A program made the position numbers and the translations under genes. Shown here piece after piece: positions 53,627-64,000 of a stretch of DNA of 64,000 nt. How positions within the stretch are numbered: position 1 is the stretch's first letter; each line of letters begins with the position of its first letter. This DNA comes from an uncultured bacterium (GTDB taxonomy: Bacteria > Acidobacteriota > HRBIN11 > JAKEFK01). The stretch spans positions 64,001 to 128,000 of the forward strand of contig CAVZQN010000006.1 of assembly GCA_963777505.1 (NCBI GenBank), read 5' to 3'. The notes under the pieces are model-generated. The model did not search any database. It worked only from the letters and a program-made list of their open reading frames with translations, and was not told the DNA's origin.

Positions 53627-54889
53627 TTATAACACAGAAGTATCGTTTGAGGAGGGAGGCATTCGCAATAAGACTTTGGAAATTTTATTGCCATTCATTT
53701 TCTCAACTGCAAAATGCAATTCTCCGAAGTGAACCTGATCTCTTTCTGATGGAATTTTGTCCATCATTGAAATAAGAAAACCTGCGACTGTTGTATATGA
53801 AGAATCTTCCGGCAGATCCAAGTCCAGATTCTGGTTGAGTTCCTTTATCGAAAGATTTCCTTCCAGCATCCAGATTCCGTCAGTTACTTTTTGAACTAAT
53901 TCCACATCTTCATCATATTCATCGTGTATTTCGCCGATTAATTCTTCAATCAAATCTTCAAGTGTGACAATTCCATCAACGCCGCCATATTCATCGACAA
54001 CAATTGCAAGATGAGCGCGGCTGCGCCGCATATTCTGAAACGCAGTTTGAACTGTTGCCGACTCAGGAATAAAAAAAGGTCTGCGTAAATAATGCTCCAG
54101 CGTAAATGGCTCTGATACACCGAGCAGATCCTTCGCATACAAAATGCCGAGAATATTATCCAAATTTCCTCGAAAAACAGGGATTCGAGAATAGCCAGTA
54201 TCTTGAATAAACATCAACATTTTTTCTAAACGTGTATGGATTTCTATGGCTTTTACGTTTGGTCTGGCAACCATCACTTCACGAACGCGACGTCCAGTGA
54301 AATCGATGATTGTCAGGTTTTGCCGCTTTAAGTCTGGTTCAGATTTGTTCCTGCCTGCACTCAGAAACATTTTCATTTCATTGACTGAATATTCGGAAAA
54401 AATCTTTTGTCCATTGAAGCCGTAAAGTTTCAGAAATCGCGAAGCCAGGCGTTCAGCAGATTGTGAAAGTGGAATCAGGCGGTTTAATTTCAGTATCAGT
54501 TCAAATGGTCGCACAAGTGCAAATGCTGCCCTTTCAGGATTATGGACAGCCAGCATTCGGGGAACATATTCAAGGAGGATCAATACGAGTAAAACCAATG
54601 CCGGCGCGAGTAACCATTTCGATCCAAGGCTAATTTTCAGCATAGCCATGAGCGCACCAAGTGCAAGAAAAAACAGAGCGACGCCTGTATATTTCAGAAA
54701 CAATAAAACTGAAATTGACGCTTCAGGTGCAGCAAGCAATCGTAAGAGTTTGATTGCGCCGTTGTTGCCTTTTCGATGAAGTGATCGAACCTTGTGGTAT
54801 TGAACTGAACGCAGGGCGATATCCAGAAGAGTTACGCCAAACAAAAAGACAAATAAAATCCCGCAAAGGGAGGCTAATATTGCTTCCAC
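53627..54889 (-). CDS. HlyC/CorC (CNNM-CBS-CorC) family membrane protein
   Basis: EYVPR, GYSRIPV, VVDEYGG..GIVTLEDLIEELIGEIHDEYD. Confidence 0.9.
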   Translation of the reverse strand: MEAILASLCGILFVFLFGVTLLDIALRSVQYHKVRSLHRKGNNGAIKLLRLLAAPEASISVLLFLKYTGVALFFLALGALMAMLKISLGSKWLLAPALVLLVLILLEYVPRMLAVHNPERAAFALVRPFELILKLNRLIPLSQSAERLASRFLKLYGFNGQKIFSEYSVNEMKMFLSAGRNKSEPDLKRQNLTIIDFTGRRVREVMVARPNVKAIEIHTRLEKMLMFIQDTGYSRIPVFRGNLDNILGILYAKDLLGVSEPFTLEHYLRRPFFIPESATVQTAFQNMRRSRAHLAIVVDEYGGVDGIVTLEDLIEELIGEIHDEYDEDVELVQKVTDGIWMLEGNLSIKELNQNLDLDLPEDSSYTTVAGFLISMMDKIPSERDQVHFGELHFAVEKMNGNKISKVLLRMPPSSNDTSVL

Positions 54890-54896
54890 GGCTGGA

Positions 54897-55406
54897 CTAT
54901 TTTTTCTTCTTCATGCAATTGGAGAGTGCGCGGTCGAGCTTCTTTTCAATATCTTCTTCCGGAAGCTCCTGCACCTCCATCAGCTCGCTGACAATTAAGT
55001 AACGAGCTTTGCTGAACATCTTCTTTTCACGGTACGACAAATCTTTTTGGTTACTCAGGAAAAACAAATTCTTAAGCACCTCTGCTACTTCAAAAATAGA
55101 ACCACTCTGCATCCGTTCAAGGTTTTCCCTATACCTTCCCATCCAATTGTCATATTCGCGAACACTTCCATTCTGAAGAACTCGATATAATTTGAGGACC
55201 TCTTTGTCGTTTATCACTTTTCTCAAGCCGACGTGGGCAAGCCCTTCCCTAGGAATCATCACCAGAGAGTTATTCGAGCAAAGCCGCAGTTGATAAAACT
55301 GCATGGTTCGGTCACCCACTGATCGATCGTTGATATTCTCGACCACGGCTATTCCATGGTTTGGATAGACGACTTTTTCGCCAACTTTGAAATCACTGTT
55401 CAACAT
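54897..55406 (-). CDS. carD: CarD family transcription factor
   Basis: FKVGEKVVYPNHG, conserved W in NWMGRY, LSYREK. Confidence 0.9.
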   Translation of the reverse strand: MLNSDFKVGEKVVYPNHGIAVVENINDRSVGDRTMQFYQLRLCSNNSLVMIPREGLAHVGLRKVINDKEVLKLYRVLQNGSVREYDNWMGRYRENLERMQSGSIFEVAEVLKNLFFLSNQKDLSYREKKMFSKARYLIVSELMEVQELPEEDIEKKLDRALSNCMKKKK

Positions 55407-55468
55407 AGAGGGTTTTGAGGATGATGTATTGTAGCATATTTGAGACTCTAACGAAAGTACGACAGCGT

Positions 55469-56239
55469 TTAAGATACTGTTTTAACAGGATTTCTGAGGA
55501 TATCTAACGCTTCAATTTCGATTTCGACAACATCTCCATCGTGTATCGGGGCAATTCCTGACGGTGTGCCTGTCGTAATTACATCCCCCGGCAGAAGTGT
55601 CATGATGTGGGAAATGTAACAAATAAGATATTGAGGGCTGAAAATAAGCTGAGATGTTCTTGAATGCTGTCGAGTCTGGCCATTTACACGAAGGGTAATT
55701 TCAAGATCTTCTGCGTTCACGCTAACTGTAATACAGGGTCCGAATGGAGCGAATGTATCGAATCCCTTCGCGCGCGTAAACTGAACATCTTTATCCTGTA
55801 AATCTCTGGCAGTGACATCGTTGAAGCACGAGTAACCAAAAATGCAGGCATTTGCCTCTTCTTCTGACTTTAGCTTGCTTGCAAGTGAACCGATTACAAC
55901 GGCGAGCTCGCCTTCCGGATCGACTCTGGAAGAGGAGGATGGAATTAGAATTGTTTCGCCTGATGCAATCAAAGCTGTAGATGGTTTCAAGAAAAGTAGA
56001 GGTTCTTTTGGAATCGGTTTATTGCGTTCTTCTGCATGATCTTTGTAGTTCAAACCGACACCAATAATTTTTGATGGAGATGTTGGCGTGAGAATTCTAC
56101 ATTCGGATGCAGGAGCTGAGTGTTCGCCCGAAATTGGTGTTTGCGGATTTTGCGGATCTACAAAATAAAAACGATCTTCCTGTAAAACGGCATACGTAGT
56201 TTGTCCACCTTTTTCAACGCGATAAAGTTGAAGTGCCAT
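55469..56239 (-). CDS. Fumarylacetoacetate hydrolase family protein
   Basis: GLNYKDH, EGELAVVIG, NDVTARD, KGFDTF, TGTP. Confidence 0.92.
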   Translation of the reverse strand: MALQLYRVEKGGQTTYAVLQEDRFYFVDPQNPQTPISGEHSAPASECRILTPTSPSKIIGVGLNYKDHAEERNKPIPKEPLLFLKPSTALIASGETILIPSSSSRVDPEGELAVVIGSLASKLKSEEEANACIFGYSCFNDVTARDLQDKDVQFTRAKGFDTFAPFGPCITVSVNAEDLEITLRVNGQTRQHSRTSQLIFSPQYLICYISHIMTLLPGDVITTGTPSGIAPIHDGDVVEIEIEALDILRNPVKTVS

Positions 56240-56255
56240 TAGAAGTACTCTCCGT

Positions 56256-57119
56256 TCATGGGAAGCCCAGTAGTGCTTCCTTTGTTAGTTCTCCGCGGTA
56301 AATGAGCCTTGCGTCACCTTCCAAATACAGATCACGAAAGTTGCTTTCCTCAGGGAAGTAAACTGTAACTGGAATTCCAGATTGCGGTTCAAATGTTATT
56401 GGGGGAACTGTCTGATGTGTTGCATACGTGGCGATGGCTGAAGAAATGCAGCCGCTTCCACAAGCGAGAGTCTCATCTTCTACACCGCGTTCATAACTGC
56501 GAATTTTTACATAATGCCGGTCAACGGGTTCAATGAAATGAACATTCGTCCCTTCAGGTTGAAATCGCTCATGATTGCGGATTTTTCGAGCTAGCGGGAG
56601 AATGCTATGTTTTCGAATGTCTTTTACGTACATCAAGAAATGAGGTTCGCCTAATCGTACAAAATGGCCTTTTAGGGCCTGCCCATCTACAACAATGGGC
56701 ACATTTAATGTAAAACGGGAAGGGGAGACAAACCGGATTCGTACGGAAGATCCGATCACTTCCGCATCTATTACTCCGGCATTTGTTTCAAGATTCATTT
56801 TTCTACCAGCAATGACTGATAAAAATGCATAACGTACAGCACATCGTCCACCATTGCCACAGGTATTGAATTCCTGGCCATCAGGATTGAAGTATCGGAC
56901 TCTGAAAGTAGCTTTCTTTGAATTTTCAATCAGAATCAAACCATCGGCACCTACAGAATATCGGTGAGAACACAAACGGTTTGCAAGGATTGATGCTACA
57001 TGTGTGAATTGTCCGTTGCGATTATCAAGAACGATGAAGTCATTTGCAGAAGCGGAAAATTTTGAAAAAGAAATGCGGTCCGGCAATTGTGCGATGATTT
57101 CAAGTTGATCAGAGTTCAC
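56256..57119 (-). CDS. dapF: Diaminopimelate epimerase
   Basis: NDF, VGADG, CGNGGRC, ERGVEDETLACGSG. Confidence 0.93.
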   Translation of the reverse strand: MNSDQLEIIAQLPDRISFSKFSASANDFIVLDNRNGQFTHVASILANRLCSHRYSVGADGLILIENSKKATFRVRYFNPDGQEFNTCGNGGRCAVRYAFLSVIAGRKMNLETNAGVIDAEVIGSSVRIRFVSPSRFTLNVPIVVDGQALKGHFVRLGEPHFLMYVKDIRKHSILPLARKIRNHERFQPEGTNVHFIEPVDRHYVKIRSYERGVEDETLACGSGCISSAIATYATHQTVPPITFEPQSGIPVTVYFPEESNFRDLYLEGDARLIYRGELTKEALLGFP

Positions 57120-58484
57120 TGCCTTCTTGCTACCTCAGAGGTTTCGTTCGATTTCTCGCTCTCATTTGCAACCGGAGCAGAATCGACTGCTGTGATTACA
57201 TAATAATACCTTTGACCTTGCTGAATGTCTCGGTCAGTAAAAGTCGTTTCACGAATCAGTTCGGAATTAATCTTTTTATAGTCAGTCCCGGCAGTAGTAG
57301 CTGCGATAAATGTTATAGCCCGCAACATCTTCCTCACTATTTGGTGCCCAGATCAAAACCATTCCTTCCCTGGCTGATACGACGTTCAATTCCTCTGGTG
57401 CTTTTGGAGCGAAAGTATCCTGGGGATAGATAAGAACAACATTGGAGGCGCTGCTTTCCTGCTGGCGTTTTTTATTTGAGAAATGCGCGCGGATAAAATA
57501 GTAATACGATTTGCCAAATTCAAATGAGGTATCTTTGTATGAAGTTGCATCGAGAGGTTCAGTATTGATCGGTTGTTCAGGAGCGAAGTTTGCGTGCGTG
57601 CCCCGGTAAATGTTGTATCGAACTGTTCCTTCCGGCACTGGTTTTCCTGCGACATCGGTAGTCACAGCATTCCACGTGATTTCCAATTCTTTCTCAGCAA
57701 GTTTCACTATGAAATTGGATGGCGGATTTGGAACTACTCCAGGAAAAAGCGCGGCAAATTTTGAGTATCCCGCTGTTTTGCCTTTCGTGTTATAGATTTT
57801 GGCTCCATAGTAAAACCAGTTTTGTAAGTCCTCTGAACCTTCCTGAAGGTTTACTGTGTCGGTAATCATGAATATTGAATCTCTCAGATATCCATCGATT
57901 TGTTCGCGTGAGAGTTCGATGAACTTTTCGCCGCGGCTTTCAAAATCTGCATCTCCGATTTCGCGTGCTTCTTCCTCTCGAACTGGTGCTGTTTGTGATT
58001 GTGTCTGAGTCTGACCAGTCTGCGTTTGGCTCGTTTGTGACTGTGTCTGAGTCTGTGTTTGCGCTGAAGGTTCTGTTTGAGTTTGTGGTGCAGTTTGCGT
58101 TTGTGTTTGCGGCTCCGGTTGTGTTTGTGCCTGGGTTTGAGTCTGAGGCTCAGATTGAGTTTGTGGTTGCGACTGTGTTTGCGGTTGAGTCTGAGTCTGT
58201 GGCGCAGTTTGGGTTTGGGTTTCCTCTCCGATCGGGATGCGTGCGTCTTTTAATCTATAGATTTCGATTCTATCAATATCCGCGAGGCCTCCACCTTCCG
58301 TGTTGTAAACGGGCATCTGAAAGAAAAAAATCATTTGCTCTCCCGATTGCCGCACACGTGGTTGGTTTGCACGATCAGGAGCGATGACAATTGGCGGAAG
58401 AGGGTTTGCTTTTTTGCCGCAATTAATAGCGAATGGAATAAGAATAGCTGAGAGTAATAGGAGTAGTGTTAAGCGATAGCGCAT
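57116..58484 (-). CDS. Lipoprotein with Gln/Thr-rich linker and fibronectin type III domains, frameshift ~57295
   Basis: Lipobox-like AIN-C followed by GKKANPLPP; YNIYR and YYYVITAVD..ES FN3 signatures. Confidence 0.8.
57985..58222 (-). repeat. Coding low-complexity (Gln-Thr)n hexamer repeat
   Basis: QTQTAPQTQTQPQTQSQPQTQSEP... Confidence 0.9.
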
Positions 58485-58590
58485 GCGGTGTCAGTTGTCG
58501 GTTGGCCGCAGTCCACCGTGTTTTGTATGAACCCGGGCGGACAACTGGCAGTTTTGCTCCGTTGTAAGCTGTAACAGTGAGTGAATACTT

Positions 58591-59976
58591 TCATAGAATA
58601 AAACGGCTGAGATCCTGATCGCGCACAATATCCGCAAGCATTTTGTCTACATATTCCTTATCAATCAAGACCCTTTTGTTTTCTAGTTCCGGTGCGTTGA
58701 ACGAAACTTCATCAAGTAATTTTTCCATTACTGTATGAAGTCTGCGTGCGCCGATGTTTTCTGTTCGTTCATTTACTTCGGCTGCGAGTCTCGCAATCCG
58801 TTCAATGGCATCATCTGTAAACGTGAGATCAACACCTTCTGTTGAAAGTAATGCGCGATATTGTTTCGGTAACGCATTTTCAGGTTCACGAAGGATTCTA
58901 ACAAAATCTTTTTCATCCAGAGCATCCAGCTCAACACGAATTGGAAAACGTCCTTGAAGTTCAGGAATTAGATCAGAAGGTTTTGAAACATGAAATGCCC
59001 CGGCTGCGATAAACAAAACATGATCTGTTTTCACCATGCCGTAACGCGTGTTTACAGTCGTTCCTTCGACAATCGGCAGAATGTCCCGTTGAACGCCTTC
59101 ACGGCTGACATCAGGACCGCCATGCCCTCCATCTTTATTCGCAATTTTGTCGAGCTCATCCAGAAACACCATTCCGGATTGTTCAACGCGGGTGACAGCT
59201 TGTTTTGCAATTTGATCCATGTCAATTAACTTTTCTTTTTCTTCAACAAGAAGAGTGGCCAGGGCTTCATCCACACGCATTTTACGCTTCTTGGATTTTC
59301 CTGAAAACATTCCCGGAAGCATGTCTCTTAAATTGATGTCAATATCTTCAATTCCGGCATTCGAGAGTACCGAAAATGTTCCATGAGATTTTTCTTTGAC
59401 TTCAAGTTCGACTATTCGTTGATCGAGAGACCCTGCTCGAAGTTGGGCACGGAATTTTTCTCTCGTATCCTTACCCTGATTTTCAGCGTCTGTTTTCTCC
59501 TCAGTCGCTGCTGAAGAATGCGAAGAGGGTGGCAGTAACAAATCCAGCAAACGTTCTTCTGCATTTCGCCGTGCTGACTCTTTTACTTCTTCCATTCGCT
59601 CTTGCTTGAGCAGATCAACCGCGATGTCAGTCAGATCGCGAATCATGGATTCAACATCCCGCCCGACATAACCGACTTCTGTGTATTTTGTGGCTTCAAC
59701 TTTAATGAAAGGCGAACGAACTAATTTCGCAAGACGACGCGCAATTTCTGTTTTACCAATGCCTGTCGGACCGATCATGATGATATTTTTGGGAGCAATT
59801 TCTTCAGCCATTGCCGGCTCTAATCTTTGTCTGCGGATTCTGTTTCGTAATGCGATTGCAACGGCTCGTTTTGCTTTGAGTTGTCCGACGATGTAACGAT
59901 CCAGCTCTAGAACGATTTCTCTAGGAGTCAGTTCTTCGGCGGGTTTTTCAAGACGCGCAGGAAGGGGAATAGCCAC
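58591..59976 (-). CDS. hslU: ATP-dependent protease ATPase subunit HslU
   Basis: [30 protein letters not shown], terminal RFIL. Confidence 0.97.
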   Translation of the reverse strand: MAIPLPARLEKPAEELTPREIVLELDRYIVGQLKAKRAVAIALRNRIRRQRLEPAMAEEIAPKNIIMIGPTGIGKTEIARRLAKLVRSPFIKVEATKYTEVGYVGRDVESMIRDLTDIAVDLLKQERMEEVKESARRNAEERLLDLLLPPSSHSSAATEEKTDAENQGKDTREKFRAQLRAGSLDQRIVELEVKEKSHGTFSVLSNAGIEDIDINLRDMLPGMFSGKSKKRKMRVDEALATLLVEEKEKLIDMDQIAKQAVTRVEQSGMVFLDELDKIANKDGGHGGPDVSREGVQRDILPIVEGTTVNTRYGMVKTDHVLFIAAGAFHVSKPSDLIPELQGRFPIRVELDALDEKDFVRILREPENALPKQYRALLSTEGVDLTFTDDAIERIARLAAEVNERTENIGARRLHTVMEKLLDEVSFNAPELENKRVLIDKEYVDKMLADIVRDQDLSRFIL

Positions 59977-59978
59977 GC

Positions 59979-60506
59979 TTATAACTCCTCAACCAGGATA
60001 TTTGAATTCGTATAAATACAAATATCTGCTGCAATTTTCATTGCTTCCACGCAAATATCTTTCGCGCTTAGATCCGAATAGGCTTTTAGTGCCCGCGCAG
60101 CAGCCAATGCGTAAGGGCCTCCTGATCCAATAGCAAGAATGCCGTCATCCGGTTCAATCAGATCACCGGATCCGGAAATCAAATAAGAATTTTCACCATC
60201 GGAAACGATTAAAAGTGCTTCCAATCTTCTCAGGATGCGATCTGTTCGCCAATCCTTTGCAAGCTCAACGGAAGCACGGCGTAAATTTCCGCGAAATTCT
60301 TCCAGTTTCGCTTCAAACTTTGAAAAAAGTGCCATCGCATCGGCGGCTGATCCTGCAAAACCGGCAATGATCCGATCGTTAAACAACTTGCGGATCTTTT
60401 TTGCGCCTTGTTTTACGACAATATCGCCGATTGTGACCTGGCCATCTCCAGCCAGGGCAACACGCCCTTTATGACGGACACAAAGAATTGTTGTAGCATG
60501 AAACAT
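59979..60506 (-). CDS. hslV: ATP-dependent protease subunit HslV
   Basis: TTIL, GDGQVT, WRTD, GSGG, DICIYTN. Confidence 0.97.
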   Translation of the reverse strand: MFHATTILCVRHKGRVALAGDGQVTIGDIVVKQGAKKIRKLFNDRIIAGFAGSAADAMALFSKFEAKLEEFRGNLRRASVELAKDWRTDRILRRLEALLIVSDGENSYLISGSGDLIEPDDGILAIGSGGPYALAAARALKAYSDLSAKDICVEAMKIAADICIYTNSNILVEEL

Positions 60507-60656
60507 TGGATGAATTTCCAATCAGGCAGGAACGCAATCTGCTGCGCACCCGGTTTGAGTGAACCAACAATATAATATGGTGGTCATGCCTTGTCAAACC
60601 ATTCTCCTCGACGGAGCGCAGACCTATCCTCGTTTCGTTTGCCTGGGTCTATAGCT

Positions 60657-60717
60657 CAACCGCCAAGACGCCAAGAACTAGAAATTCTTTTTGTTCTTCT
60701 TGGCGACTTGGTGGTTG
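60657..60717. repeat. Inverted pair of the 8-nt-periodic ACCGC repeat family
   Basis: CAACCGCCAAGACGCCAAGAA ... TTCTTGGCGACTTGGTGGTTG (2 mismatches). Confidence 0.75.
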
Positions 60718-60831
60718 GTTCGGAAAAACTGGCCGCACAAATGCGACCGATCTGCGTGCCTTACTACAAACTTGCCTAGAAATGACAAACAAATGAGGTT
60801 ATGATTAAGAAAATTTTCAGAAGGGGTAAGT

Positions 60832-62947
60832 ATGGCCACTCCTGTCTTAGATGAACCTGAAATAGCTGCACCGCATCAACCTTATATCCCAGCCGAAACC
60901 AAAATCCCGGAACTCACACCAAAAGCTCTAATTCTTGGAGCACTCTTTGGAATGTTATTTGGAACAGTATCCGTGTATTTGGGGCTCAAGGTAGGTTTAA
61001 CCGTAAGCGCATCCATTCCGGTCGCTGTACTGGCAATTACGATCCTGAAAAAATTAGGTGGCTCCACAATTCTTGAAAACAATATTGTTCAGACGATCGG
61101 ATCGGCAGGAGAATCAATTGGAGCCGGTGTTGTTTTCACAATTCCTGCGTTCATCTTTCTTGGGTTTCCCCTTGAAATCTCGCGCGTTTTCTTTCTTGCA
61201 TTAGCTGGCGGATGTTTGGGTGTTCTTTTCATGATCCCATTGCGCAGAGACTTGATTGTTCGTGAGCATGGGAAATTGAAATATCCCGAAGGCACTGCTT
61301 GCGCCGAAGTGTTAATCGCGGGTGAGCGCGGCGGTTCAATGGCCCAAAATATTTTCATTGGTCTTGGCGTTGGAATTCTTTACAAAATTTTGTACGAAGC
61401 AATAAAGATCTGGCGCGGTACGACTGAATGGAAAGCGAAATTTTTTCCAGGAGCCTCTGTTGCTATTGAAGGTTCTCCTGAACTTCTTGGCGTTGGTTAC
61501 ATCATTGGGTTCCGGACTGCCTCCGAAATGTTTGCCGGCGGATTACTTTCCTGGATCGTAATCATTCCGTTCGTTCATTTCTTTGGCCAGCACATTCCCG
61601 AAGCGCTGTATCCCGGAATTGTTCCAATCAAGGACATGGGTTCATACGATATCCGAAATGCATATGTAAATTACATCGGTGCTGGTGCCGTAGCAGCGGG
61701 CGGAATTATAAGTTTGATTAGAGCTCTACCAATCATCATAAGCTCGTTCAAGGCGAGCTTTGCTGAAATGACTCGATCGCGCTCCGGCGAACGGATTGAG
61801 AAAAGCCGGGTCAATCAAGACCTTTCGATGACGGTCGTTGTGATTGGATCCCTCTTTATGATCCTTGTGATCTGGGCGATTCTTCAATTCAGAATCAATC
61901 CAGAATACGTTGCAGGAAATCTTGTCGCATCAATCCTTGTTGTGGTTTTAGGATTCTTTTTTGTTACAGTTTCATCCCGCCTTGTTGGATTGCTCGGCTC
62001 TTCATCAAACCCGATTTCAGGAATGACGATCGCAAGTTTAATTGCGACATGTCTGCGTTTTTCTTGCTGTTGGCTGGACGGGCCACACATTCATGGCCGT
62101 CGCACTCAGCATCGGCGCGGTTGTTTGTGTTGCTGCGGCAAATGCAGGAGCCACTTCGCAGGATTTGAAGACAGGTTACATTGTGGGATCGACTCCGAAA
62201 AATCAACAGATTGCTTTGATTGTTGGAGTTCTCGCTTCAGTGGCGATCGTTGGTTATTCAATGACCTGGATCAATCAGAAGTATACGAAAGAAGTTCCTG
62301 TTTCAATTCCTTCGTTCAATGTGACTGAGCATACAGTGGATAAAAACCGTCTGATTGATTACAAAGGCAGCCAATACATTCTTTATACTTCAATCGGCGA
62401 TTCTAAAATTCCGGATGGTGACTATTTTATTGATCCTGCAGACGGCCAAATAAAATTCCAGCGACAGTATGGAATCGGCAGTGAAAGACTGCCTGCGCCG
62501 AAAGCCAATATCATGGCTTCTTTGATTAAAGGATTGCTGGATCAAAAACTTCCATGGGCTCTTGTTTTGTTGGGAGTATCCATTGCCATCATTGCCGAAC
62601 TTTGCGGCATTCAAGTTCTTTCCTTTGCTGTTGGCGTTTACCTGCCTGTTTCAACAAGTGCGCCGATTTTTGTGGGCGGATTAGTTCGTCACCTTATTCA
62701 GAAAAAGACAGGCATGACTGAATCGGAAATTGATTCAGGACGTGGAACTCTCTATAGTTCAGGACTCATCGCTGGCGGTGCGCTTGCTGGTCTGGCACTT
62801 GCGGCAATCACTGGTTTCGATATCGAACATACGGTTGGGATAGGTCCTAAAATCTCAGAGTGGTTCGCGAATAACAATGTGATTGGGTTGGCGATTTTCG
62901 GGTTCCTTGCTTATTCGCTCTTTAATTTTGGAAAAAAGAAACTGTAG
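60832..62947 (+). CDS. OPT-family oligopeptide transporter, frameshift ~62060
   Basis: YLGLKVGLTVSASIP, ENNIVQT, YPEGTACA, SSNPISGMT, SQDLKTG, PAPKA. Confidence 0.93.
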
Positions 62948-64000
62948 CTACTTTTGAACGGAGAGTTCGCCCAAAAGCTCCATGGCTTTCGAATGCAGTG
63001 GAGAAATTTTCAACGCGCGTTCACATTGACTCAATGCGCGCGTAGGTAAACCTTGCTGAATGTAAAATTTCGCAAGATCTACGTGATATTCTGCGTTCCA
63101 TGGATCAACTTCAATCGCCTTGTAAAAACTTTGTTCTGCGTCTTTTCCAAATCGTGGATGTCTCGCATAAGCCAAAGCCATAAGATGATAGTATTTCGAT
63201 TCTGATGGATTGTTCTTAATTGCCTGGCGGCAAAGCTGGGTCACCTTCCAATAATCGTTTTCCAAAAGTTTTTCTTGCGCAAGTCTAAAAATTTGTTCTG
63301 CTACTTTTACGCTGTGTTCTTGCTCAATCTTGCTCTCAGATTTTTGCTGGTCCATTCTTACAACCGCATCTGAATTTGAAACCGCAGGAGCTTGTGGTTT
63401 TGATTCGGAAACCGGACGTTGTGTGGGAGTTGGAGGATTGGGAATTGGAGTTTGTGGATGAGTCACTGGCTTGTCCGAAGGAGGAGGCGTTTTAGCTGAA
63501 AACACCTCGCGAATCGGCATCGTTTCATATCCAATGACTGTTACAGGTTGAGTCGAAACTACGTCTTGTCGTTTTGGTGCCCGCCGTTCGTCTGCGGTCC
63601 GCAGCTGAACTGCGCCAAGTTTTAGCAATGCATAAACAAATCGATTGATTTTTTCTTCAGTTTGACCTGTTAAGATTTGCAAAGTATTGAGAGTTGTGGC
63701 TTCTCCTTCCAGCCTGGATGCTAAGAAGCTTTCGTCCGGCCTTATATCAAGAGTTGAAAGAATCACATCGAACTGCGCTGTGCGAACAACATAAAGATCA
63801 CTTCGAAGCTGGTTGCTGAGCTGATCCGGATTTACTAAAGTGCGAGCCGCCTCTAAAAGAATGTCGGCAATTCGAATCGATGCAAACGCGTCATGTTCGA
63901 TTGAAGCAGGATAAAATTCGCCTTCAAAAACAGGCCAGAAGAAAACTTGCATTAGCGCTGCTTTCATTTGTTTTCGATATGCTGTTTTAAATTCATCGAT
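62948..64000 (-). CDS. DUF4388-like protein with Pro-rich linker and C-terminal TPRs (5' end outside window)
   Basis: FFW..FEGEFYP segment, PTP-rich linker, TPRs 'AIEVDPWNAEYH'. Confidence 0.65.
   Translation of the reverse strand: MDEFKTAYRKQMKAALMQVFFWPVFEGEFYPASIEHDAFASIRIADILLEAARTLVNPDQLSNQLRSDLYVVRTAQFDVILSTLDIRPDESFLASRLEGEATTLNTLQILTGQTEEKINRFVYALLKLGAVQLRTADERRAPKRQDVVSTQPVTVIGYETMPIREVFSAKTPPPSDKPVTHPQTPIPNPPTPTQRPVSESKPQAPAVSNSDAVVRMDQQKSESKIEQEHSVKVAEQIFRLAQEKLLENDYWKVTQLCRQAIKNNPSESKYYHLMALAYARHPRFGKDAEQSFYKAIEVDPWNAEYHVDLAKFYIQQGLPTRALSQCERALKISPLHSKAMELLGELSVQK

Noticed and set aside
53627-54889. 'Hemolysin' virulence factor
   Set aside because: The CNNM-CBS-CorC architecture indicates a Mg2+/Co2+ homeostasis protein.
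57965-58387. Hydrophobic antisense ORF and possible CRISPR-like periodicity
   Set aside because: Mirror of the (Gln-Thr)n coding repeat; no repeat-spacer structure and no cas genes in the window.

Overview
Bacterial chromosomal window, probably Acidobacteriota-like (inferred from gene content and the DnaA 'GGKHHSTV' motif). It is probably a long-read or metagenome assembly, because many genes, including recF, carry single-base frameshifts. Bases 1-~19700 are a visibly more GC-rich accessory island abutting the 3' end of tRNA-Gln(CTG) at 20034-20107. The island holds a TolC 3' end, a secreted di-heme cytochrome c peroxidase/RoxA-like gene, and a divergent intradiol dioxygenase + CMD-family pair. 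It also holds a long operon (unknown protein - DyP peroxidase - DUF4331 - SDR - TPR - NDH-2 - OprB porin - NDH-2 - NAD(P)-binding protein), a small sigma54-driven ORF and an orphan beta-propeller/PAS histidine kinase. The most interesting signal is that the island seems to contain two copies of one architecture: a TGTC/GACA upstream motif, a heme peroxidase, then DUF4331 and TPR. One copy is intact (DyP); the other is collapsed by deletion (di-heme cytochrome). Three sigma54 promoters carry the same or a related upstream motif. Bases ~20100-64000 are AT-richer core genome: murJ, a leuA-like gene, pyrC, hemL, gyrA-gyrB-recF-dnaN-dnaA, polA, pepP, carD, dapF, hslUV and an OPT transporter. A Bacillus-like oriC (DnaA-trios + DUE) lies between dnaA and dnaN, and short intergenic REP-like repeats are scattered through this part. 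All family assignments come from motif recognition only; no database searches were run.
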